Shown here: in pieces, positions 13,978 through 23,986 of the stretch | How positions within the stretch are numbered: position 1 is the stretch's first letter | Layout of the letters: every line of letters starts with the position of its first letter | Origin: Paraspadella gotoi | Taxonomy: Eukaryota > Animalia > Chaetognatha | Reading direction: 5' to 3' | Length of the DNA: 64,000 bases | Assembly (NCBI GenBank): GCA_051294375.1 | Contig: CM119269.1 | Span: 18,712,471 to 18,776,470 of the forward strand | Position numbers and translations under genes: made by a program | The notes under the pieces: model-generated | What the model was told of the DNA's origin: nothing | What the model saw: only the letters and a program-made list of their open reading frames with translations | The model's database searches: none

Positions 13978-15616
13978 ATGATGACGACGGCAAACATGAA
14001 GCGCGGTTTCTTGATCGCCATTGGAGTCGTGGTCTTTTTCGGGCTTACCTACCACCTTAAGTCCCTCGAAGCGGATAAGTTGGACGCCATCGCTCAGCTG
14101 AACTTTCAAGTGAATTCGCTCTTCAAGGAGCTGCGCAATCTTAAAGATCTCATAACGATACGAGGAGTATACGACGAACTTGGAAGCGGCGCCCCCAGTG
14201 CCTCGTTTCGCCTCGCCTGGCTCCGTTTTCTTAGACGTTGCTCCGACGAAAGGGTGAGATTTCTTCTCCTTCGCGAGGATCTTGTGCGAAGCGTCGACGC
14301 GACTCGGCATCCTTCGGCCGCGGTGCTCACTAATTTTTCTCACCTGGTCGTCTTCCGCGACCAAGTCGGCATCCTCGAGAGAATTCTCGGCGCGCCCGAG
14401 TTCGGCGTTAGCGGTCGGTTCAATCTCGACGCGCATTCGGTCAGGGGCGTGTCCAAGACCGGCGCCGTCGTAAAGTCGCCGATCGGGCAAGACACAACTC
14501 CGTCGCCGCCGAAGGATTCCGTCCTCTACGGATTCGTGATTCTCGACGGAACGCCGAGTCGCGTCAACGTTTCCATCCTCTACGAGCGACGCAACGACGA
14601 CCCACAGGACGGAGGGTACTACTGGGTACCTTGGTCGCCCAGAGGCGTCGCTATGGCCTTTTCCCTTTTCGAAACTCGTTCCGTCGACGTGGAAGGGTTC
14701 GAAGAGACGTTCCAAGTGCCCGCCAACATCTCGCAGTATTTGTGGGAACTGGAGGCGGCAGAGTTTATCGCCTGTGACGAGGAAAGGAACGCCGCCTTTG
14801 CCAAAAAGTCCATCAAGTCGGTGACATTGCACAAGACTAAGGACAAGGACAGAATAAGGAGGACGATGCGTCTAATCGTCAGTACGTACTTCTAAGTGAA
14901 TTTTTATAGTTACTACTAATTATAGTTTGCGCCGAGAGTGCTCGTGTAGCGATTGGACAGGTTACTTTTGGGTCTGTTCCACTTAGGTTTAATTAAACTC
15001 ATAGTCGTATTCATGTGATACACATCGAAGACGGTTATTTTATTTTTATTCCTCAGCACTCCGCAAAACTATGGCAAGTTGGCGAAAACGTAATTGGATA
15101 TTTGCCGGGACTCTACTCGGTTGGTACCGTCAGTGCTCCGTGATACCGCACGACCTGGACATGGACACAGCGCAATGGATCGACGACTACGAAGATTGGA
15201 TGATCGACTACTTTCGCACCCACAAGCTTCTCAAACTTTACGTCAAATTTGGCCTCAAGGACGACAGTCTCGAGTTCAAGCTCGGAGACAAAAAGTGGTA
15301 CACCATAGACCTTTTTTGGATGTACTCCCAAACCAACCAGTCCTGGGTGGGCATCCAAACGTTCGACGGACATTACACTAAAAAGGTGTCATTCTATCCG
15401 CCGATCGGGCGCATCTGCTCGGCGGACTTGCACGAGTACCTGGTCTACGTGCCATGCGACTCTTGGTCCATCATTCGGACAGAGTACGGGGCTGAAAAGT
15501 GGTTCCAGGGTAACCCGCGTTACAACTATAAGAAGGACGCTTACAACTGGCGGGTTAACGGGTCGTGGACTGCTAAACAATGGAAGGGAGGCGCCGTTTA
15601 CAAAATTTATCAGTGA
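13978..15616 (+). CDS. Fukutin-like (LicD family) type II membrane phosphotransferase; exons 13978-14881 and 15057-15616
   Basis: N-terminal TM (FLIAIGVVVFFGLTY). The phase-1 join a|gtacgt...cctcag|ca gives LIVTLRKTMASW. WIFAGTLLGWYRQCSVIPHDLDMD matches the fukutin GTxLGWYRQC...DxD signature, followed by FGLKDDSLEF and IDLFWMY. Which ATG starts the gene is uncertain. Confidence 0.85.
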
Positions 15617-16706
15617 TCTTCCTTGTTTTCCAATTTACATTTAGTGATTTAAATTGTTTTTGTTTTTTGTTAATAATCTTTAAGTTTTGCTTACCTCACC
15701 GCCAACACTGAAAACACTACTCGTCCAATGCTAGACTTCCTTGGCCGACCGACTTTTTGTATTATAATTATGTATTTATGTTCGTAATTTTTTTATCCAG
15801 ATATACATCATTTCGTAGGAAAAGATATGCAATTTTTATACATTCAACAATACGTTTGGCCAAGGATTTGCAGCATCACAGGATTAAAACATACTCATAA
15901 CCTGATTTATTAACACGAACGACACTTTATTTAGCTCTTAATTATTAATTATTAATTATTTAAACATTGTTAATTTTTTATTTTTGTGAATTGATGAATG
16001 CCTTCGTATTCACGAAATGGTCAGGATGTAAAAAGTTCTTAATGAATATAAGATTTAGTTTATTTTAAATCTTATTAGGATCATTTTAGAGATTACATAT
16101 GTAAATAACTTTATAAATAGATAATATTATACATTAGAAGAGTTTCTGTTTTGGCAAAAAAATATTTTTACTAATTTTCGTTAATATTCAGTTTCTTAAG
16201 GGCACTTGTTAGAATGTTTGTAATTTTCTTTTTTAGTGCCAACGTTGACGTCATGGTAACCTAAAATCTTCATTTCGACTATACGAAAATTATTCATTCA
16301 ATTGAGATATGGTCGGTAAAGATTACCGAAAGAACAAAATTTTTATAGTGTTAACTTGTTTTCCCTGTGCTTCACTCATTTGAATGGCTAATCCTAAATT
16401 CAATTTTTATGTCGCCGTTTCATCGTTAAATATTTATTCACATATTACTCAAAGGCACTTTTGTTTTTCTCTGAATAGAAAAAATACAAACACTTTTGTT
16501 TCGTTTAAGCTTTACTGTAATACTTTCCTAAATTACTTTCCTTATCAACAAAAATTTGTTAAAATAAGACTAACATTTTAAAAGGTATGAAAAATTCGTA
16601 CAGTTATCAAAACGTAGTAGTTAGTCCAGAAAGGTGGTTTATTCATGATACGCGTTCTGATCAAATGATTTTGAGCGAGTTTTAAAATAAACAAATAATA
16701 AAATAT

Positions 16707-18517
16707 TTAGCAAGAAATATGCAACGCCTGCTCACAGGAGACAAGATCTTCCAATGAATCCAACACAACGTCAGCATGGATTAAGTCGTCTCTCCTTCCT
16801 ACTCCCGTGAGAACGCCTATCAGGAAACTGCTGTTTTAATACCTACGGAACGTGGACTAATTTTTTACTCCGATTATTAACATTATTACTTTATTCAATT
16901 CACTAGATATGTACGTAGATACAGAGTAAAGTGATTTTCCGAACTAACGATATCTGTCAAATTTCGTACCTATGGTTTTTCCAAGCTTGGCGTCCTTCCC
17001 CATTTGGGTGTCGGCTCGAGTGTCACCCACCATGACGGCGTCCTTGGGATCCACATTCAGTCTCCGACAAATAGCGAGGACGCAATCCGGATCCGGTTTT
17101 GGTTTGAAGCCCTCGTCGCCGTCTAAATTGATGATTTTCACAATCGTTAGTCGTTTAAAATCAATTAACAAATCAATGGCTGGTAGCCAATCAACTTACG
17201 AGCTACAACTAGGTCAAAAAATCGACCCAATTCCAAATGCTTTAATGCGATAACGGTGCGCTCTCTCGAGTCGTTGGTGCATAAAACAAGCTTGATTCCG
17301 CGGTTCTGGAGCAGCTCCAGTAGTGGATGGAGATCGCAAGTCGGCACGAGTTGATCCGGCTTTAACTCGCAGTCTTTCCAACATTCTGACAGAGCCTTTA
17401 TTGATTGTGAAGAGACAGTAATTATTGATAAGTGTTAATGACAGAAACCCGTTCAATATAAGCAGTCCCTGAGCTTCGGATCAGGCTGTAACACCATGTT
17501 ACAGGCGGGTTAAGCGCCCCGTCCCTCTTAACTGCCAGACGACCACCGGGCTAGAACCCGGACCTTTGGGTTGGGAGGCGAATGACTTGCCTCCGGCACC
17601 AATGGCCGCTGATGAACGGTTGGTGGATTTTAGTCCACCATACATCCCCCCTCCCGTAGGGAGAAGTCTGTTGCGTCTCTTCAGTGAATTGTTGTTGGTG
17701 GAAAGTTCGTCACCAAGTTGAGGCATGTCGCCTGATGTGTTGTGGGCGGAAAGTACATCGCCAGGTTGAGGCATGTCGCCTGAAAGTGTTGTTGTTGCTG
17801 TTGTGTTCGGAAGTCGGGCTCACCAATGAAGAGACAGTAATTATTGATAAGTGTTAATGACAGAACCGTTCAATATAAGCAGTCCCTGAGCTTCGGATCA
17901 GGCTGTAACACCATGTTACAGGCGGGTTAAGCGCCCCGTCCCTCTTAACTGCCAGACGACCACCGGGCTAGAACCCCGGACCTTGGGTTGGGAGGCGAAT
18001 GACTTGCCTCCGGCACCAATGGCCCGCTGATGAACGGTTGGTGGATTTTAGTCCACCATAATTGTAAGATTACTCAATTATTCAAATTACATTTTCTTAT
18101 CAACATAACAGCGTTTTAAACTTTGAATCCAGTGATTGGCTACAGTATACTGTTTATATTACCTTCTCGGCGCTCTCGCTACCCACAAGCTGAGCGATGG
18201 CCCCGATAGCCTTTTGGCGAGCCTCTTGCATCGTGATTTCACAGAGGTATCCTTCTCCGGCGAAGAAGCTGCACCGCGACTTATCAAAACCGTAGGCTTT
18301 ATAGATGGCTTCCTTCACGTCCTTGCCCGTAAAATCCGACAAGCTTTATATGAACCCAAATCCCGGAAAAGTAAAAAATTAACTAGCTAAATAAGAATGC
18401 AATTAGCTTTTATGAATATATAAACCATTGTATGAGTGATTCCATCCAAGATTTGTATAGGGCGTCGAAGCTGATTAATGTTCCGTCCTTGTCGATGATG
18501 ATTAATTTTGGTAACAT
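16707..18517 (-). CDS. HAD-superfamily phosphatase (phosphoglycolate phosphatase-like); exons 18517-18426, 18343-18163, 17395-17200, 17122-16970, 16816-16707
   Basis: MLPKLIIIDKDGTL (motif I), LCTND (II), KPKPDP (III), MVGDTRAD (IV) and GVLTGVG. All four introns are GT-AG and frame-consistent. Confidence 0.85.
17408..18060 (-). mobile_element. Complete non-coding TRIM-like LTR element (LTRs 18060-17827 and 17642-17408; ~184-bp internal region) in HAD intron 2
   Basis: Two near-identical ~234-bp direct repeats. On the minus strand, PBS TGGTGAGCCCGAC follows the 5' LTR and PPT GGGAGGGGGA precedes the 3' LTR. TSD attg at 17404-17407 and 18061-18064. Confidence 0.88.
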
Positions 18518-19563
18518 TTTCAAGGTTCGATATATCTTTTTTGACGATTATGAATTTATATTCTGGCGTTGCGAACGGGCCAGCATCCGGGTTAATTAGG
18601 TGACCAAATTTTCCGCCGTCCACACTAAAGAATAGCGGTCTTTAGTTAAGAATGATAGATTAGAGTTGAGTTCTGCCAGAACTTCTGGATAGCGAATCTC
18701 CAAGTTCACAGATTAGGAGCGAAATTCCCTTCTTCTTTTACTATCTTGATTGACAAACATTTCGTCTTTTGAGCTGGGTGTGCAAGATTATAAAAAATCA
18801 GACTAATAAAAACCAAGTTTGTAAATAAATAATTTAGATATAATTATTTGTTTTTATATCGACAATTATTGTAACAAAGATACTATCTAATTAGAAAACT
18901 CGGGCGGAAAGTAATTTAAACCAGAAGACAACTCTAACATCCCTCTCCCAATTAAATTATCAAATACGAAATAAATTTAATATTTAAAATAAATAAAACT
19001 GTAAATCACAAGTTAAAATAAATACTATTTATTAAATAGGACAAATACTTTGATTTGTTTGATCTTTTTTTTTTTAATTTCTTGAAAATTATTTTAAACA
19101 ACAGATGTCTGCGATATAATCAACGAATAAACATAAGAGCAATGCAACTGGGGATAGTGATTAAAAACTCATGAAAAAAAACTCAAGACGCCAGTTCTTG
19201 ATGAACACGTCACGGCTCTTCGTTACCACACAACGCGACAGCACTCTTACTTTACTCTGTGCCGCTTTAGACTTGGTACAATTACTTGAAAAACCAGTGT
19301 TTAAGTACCACTACAGAATCAAGATATTGCCGTGTTGATTTTTTTTGTTATTATTGGTGTTGACTGTTGTTGATTATAAGATATTTCGCTTTTTTCTATG
19401 AAATGTAACACTCAAGATCTGGAATTTCAGAAAATAATACGATAATTTCGCCGGAAATATATTGGAGGTGCTTATAAAAAAGCCTGCCTAATCTTTGCCA
19501 AAAAAGTATGTGGGGAGCTTGGCGGGACTGTAGTTATAACCTCGGCGCGCGTCTTGCCGAAAG

Positions 19564-22500
19564 ATGATCCGCGTGCAAGGGAAAACTAAATACGAACGAC
19601 TAGCCACTGACGAGGATGATATCGGTCTTGATCGAAAGGCAAGTTGTTACACACAGAATGATTGGTTTTGATCAACATTTACGGTTTATGATTTTTGTAT
19701 TACAGACTGTACTGATTTGTTTTGGATGTTTTTAAATTTTTGTTTTAACTACAAACGGTTTGAAAGGAAAAAAAATTGAAGGCTAAATTATAATTCCTAA
19801 CATTAGCGAAAACGAAGTTTGATGTGTACAACAACGCGTTTATTGTACACATCAAACTTCGTTTTCGCTAATCATTAAAACAACGAAATGAAAGGAATAT
19901 CACAATATAATTCCTAACATATAACATTTGATGAGAAAAATTCTTATCTTTTTAAATTATCTTAATATGTACTTATTTAGTAAAAATCACTAACGATTTA
20001 TGCGTTGCTTATTCTGAAGTTATCATGGATCTCTTTTAATAATCACTATTATTTTTAATATACTATTATTAATATTAGAACTGCATTTTACCCCTCTGCA
20101 GATTGGTGTGGAAGGCACAAGCAACCGAATCATCGATGACTCTTCCCGAGTTTTGCCGCAGGCCGGCGCCGCCTCGGGAGCCGTCCGTCCACGTCGTCGA
20201 AAAACTTCTCGCGATGAACTCGACGAAAACGCGGAGTCGACGTCGGGCGAATCTCGGATTCTTCTTCAAAACGCGAAGAAGGAAGCAGAGATGATGGAAC
20301 TCAGCGAGATGATGATACAAACCGAGGGAAACCAGTGCAAAAAGTAGGCGATATGAAAAGTAATAGTATAAATAAATGTTACTCTATAACAAAGCGGTAA
20401 AATTTTACATTCGTCGACTTGGATTTTACGGTCGATTATCATTTTTATTATAACTACCCTTATATTTAATTACACCTAACCCAAACCACCCCTAACCATC
20501 CCTAAACACCCCTAACCCTAACTACCCCTAAAATAGTATATTATAGCAAACTAATTCTGTTCTACTTGCCTTCCTGATTCAGCTTGTCAAGGGAGCCTGG
20601 AGATTTTTTCGAGATCGAGGTTCAAGAAGGCGACACGCTTCAGGGCCTGGCGTTGAAATTTGGATGCCCGGTACCTACCGAATAGACTGACAGCTTGACA
20701 TCTTATTGACAGCTTATTCAATATGTATCTCTTTGCATTAAAACCTATCTTTCGGTTCTTTTCGACCCAAGGTTCAAGAGATCAAGCGGGCAAACAACAT
20801 GTACTCTAATCAAGAAATCCATTCCTTGCGAAGACTTCGCGTGCCTATGAAGAAGCACGGACTTTTATCGGAGCTCTTCGCCCACGATGCGAAAAGACGA
20901 AGGAGTGGGAACTCTGGGAGAAACGCGTCGGCCGGAAGGGCCGGTGCTCGAGAAGAGGTTGTCGACGTCGTCGAGGACGTCGAGGACGAAAGCGAAAACT
21001 CCGACCAACTCGTCGAAGAAAATGACTCTAGTGCCTTTGTCTGCAATCCGCCTCACACTTCCGTTAACTCCATCAGGGAATTGGAAAATCTTTTTCCTTA
21101 TCGCAACCTGACAGGTGAATGATTGGGAAGGAAATTATCGGGACAAATTACGTTTTTATCGTCGCAAATGCTTGCGATTTTGTGACGATGGTTGGATGGT
21201 TACCCAAGGATGCTCTCGCTTTGCCAATGCAGAGGGAAGTAATTAGTCCTGTGGATGGAACGTAACGCTTGGCATGGTGAGGTAGGGTTAGGGCGAATAT
21301 ACCACCACAGGATCCCCAAGCTAAGACATCACTCGGGTTCTCCAGGCCTGAGAGGTGTCTGACAAGACTGCTACAATAGTGGGAGAGAGAGAGAGAGCGA
21401 GAGTAGTTGGGGTGTAGGCGTTTGTAGCGTACCCGAATTGGGCAGGGCATAGGCATTTGTTGTAGCGTTCACTAAGAAGGTTGCATGTTCGATAGTAGGG
21501 CTCACCACTTATGGCAACAGCCGGGTTGTCTTTGATGCCCATTGAGATGGGGCATCTCACTGTTGGCTTTATGGGCTTCCGACAATCAGTGGCGCCGACT
21601 GCCACTGGCGCGGTTACCCGAGGATGGTTCCGCTCTGCACACGCAGATGGAAGTCGTTAGGACTGGATGGAACGTAACGCTTGAGATGGTGCGTTCCCCC
21701 TTTGAGCAAATGGGATTGGCTAAACGATGGTGGATGTGAGGCGGTGTGAATATGCCGCCAGTGTATAAATTTTATCTCAATCGGTCAAGTGATTTAAGAG
21801 ATGTGATTTTTTACACTTTAGTGTTCCAAAACAAGATGGGGAAAATCGAATTTTATTCCAAAGTTTCAGAATAATTGACCTGTCTGAGCTGAGCTCTCTC
21901 TCCCTCTTTATTATCAGCTTGTCAGCTTCGTACTCGTGATGTTAAGTATCGCATTCGCGCATGTTATCATTATTTTTATCTCTCACACAAATATTCAATT
22001 TTTTAAATTCATTTCATTTTTTTATACTCTATACAATTTATCAATAGCAATTCTTTCATTTATCTAAATTTATTCATTCCTTCAAATGAATAAATTGATC
22101 AATTTATTTCATTCATCCTTTTAATTTTTAATTGTCTTTTAATTTTTATTACTTTATTTCAAAACATTGTACCTTATTTTTCGTTAAAGCTATATGACTT
22201 TATATCTTGCTTTTTGTCTGTTTGTCAATCTGTTATTGGATATTCCTTTTGTTTTATACTTCCAAGTTAATTTTATTTTTTATGTATTAAGCCAAGTTTG
22301 TTATGTATGAATCATAGTTTTCTTGTATAAAATTTAATATTTTGAGTATCAAAGTTTGTCATGGGTTCATATATTGTTAAGCGATTGCGACGATCCTTAT
22401 GCTTGTAAGATTTTTTACAAACGTGATTGAAAATTCATAATATTTTCTTTGAGCCCCTTAAGTCTTAACCCATGGTTTTCTGTAATTAGTGTTTATAAAT

Positions 22501-23666
22501 TCTAGTTTTACCATTTACACTGCGGCGCCAAAAAAATATCCCGACTATTTCTTTTTTAATTTTGAAAAAAAATTATAAAAAATATAGCTTTTTTAAAAAG
22601 CTATCGTTTGAAAAAAAAATGGTTCAGGCAGTAGAATACAGCAATATTTTAAAGTCAGTCTGAAAACGGAATTGGGTCAAAATGATTTTTGGAGGTTAGG
22701 TTGATGATACTTTTTTTTTTGACTGATGATAAAAGATTGTTTTTCTATATAGTTTATTTACTTATTTTAATTTGATTTAGGTCAAAAATGGTTGACACCT
22801 ATCCCTACAAATATTTTATGCTGAATTTGTTTAGCTAATTTTATATTCTAAACATTTTATAATAGGGAAAAGTTATTGACTCTTGTTGACTGAAAAACAA
22901 CAATTTCTTTTTTTTCGATATTTTGTACTAATCGATTTTGACGTTCTATAACTTTTGAATGCTTTGCTCGATTTTATTGGGACTTAGACCAATTGCTTCC
23001 TCCTTCAATAAGCTTTGTTTTATGGGTCTATATATTAGTAGAATTCAGCCATCCAATACGGTTTTTTCGATGTGAAAAAGTGTCTTATTTTTTTTGCGCC
23101 CCAGTGTACATATTTTTCGGATATTCAATTCTAAAACAAAGGCTTATTTTATCGAAGCTACATCCTATGTCGTCTTCCATCAGCTTTTCCAATTTCCTTC
23201 TTCAGATTGCGAGAGCGCGTCCGATTCCCGTCGCGATTCTTTGGCGGGCAGCGAGTCTGACTCAAACTCTCCGCTCATCCGCACTTTTTACCTGAGCATT
23301 CGCGAGAACCTATCTTCTTCGAGCGTTTCCGGTCGACAGGCGAGACAGGCCTCGCGATTTCTTTCCAAAATGGACGCCGATCTGACGCGCATCCGAGACT
23401 CCAATTCCTCATCCAAGAACTCTCTTGAGGAGGTCGCCGACTCCCTCACATCCACCCGCATCCGGCCTCTGGGAGCTCCCCCGGATCGTGAGGGCGACAT
23501 CCACGGAACGTTGCTAGGGATGAACTGGTGGATGCTGCTTCTCATCTCCGCCGCCGTCTTTCTCTTGTTGTTGTTCACTTTTTACACATACGCGAAGAGA
23601 CAAGCCAAGGGAGTAGACACTAATTCCACGAGTCCCACTCATTTTACTCCTCATTCTACCAAATAA
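19564..23666 (+). CDS. LysM-domain and C-terminal TM protein (LYSMD3/4-like); exons 19564-19638, 20102-20343, 20583-20670, 20772-21114, 23206-23666
   Basis: EVQEGDTLQGLALKFGCP|VQEIKRANNMYSNQEIHSLRRLRVP is a LysM domain. FLSKMDADL segment and TM (WWMLLLISAAVFLLLLFTFY) are as in LYSMD3. The first intron has a GC donor (aag|gcaagt). Confidence 0.8.
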
Positions 23667-23986
23667 TATTTCTGTTTTCAAGTCGCGAATCCAACTCCAG
23701 TTAAAATAATTTTTTTAAAGTTGGAAAAGTTTTTTGAAATCCTATTATATTAATTTTTAATAATAATTATTGATCTAAAGACAGTTATGAACCCATCTTG
23801 AAACTTCCTATCCTTTAAATTTGATAATTTTGCGGGTTCGCGACTTGGGATACGGCGCTTCCTATTTTTTTTATTTTCTGTAATTTTTCTCCCCATGAAC
23901 ATGATCGAGGACTCGAGCATCGTGAGCACCTTAAGCCGAAGGTGCTAAAAAGTGCAATGTCTGGATGATAAAGTTTCTTCATGATT

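Noticed and set aside
13954-14832. 292-aa antisense ORF over the fukutin-like exon
   Set aside because: Shadow ORF of a GC-rich coding exon; no recognisable motifs.
17539-17609. Functional tRNA-Gly gene
   Set aside because: The anticodon stem does not pair and the block is embedded in LTRs, so it is treated as tRNA-derived.
17603-17680. CTGATGA in the TRIM LTR suggesting a plant-type retrozyme hammerhead
   Set aside because: It lies antisense to the PBS/PPT orientation, has no correctly placed GAAA or stems I-III, and is absent from the diverged LTR.
17499-17774. 91-aa ORF in the TRIM (and 2743-2940)
   Set aside because: Frame is not conserved between the two copies, and there is no gag/pol similarity.
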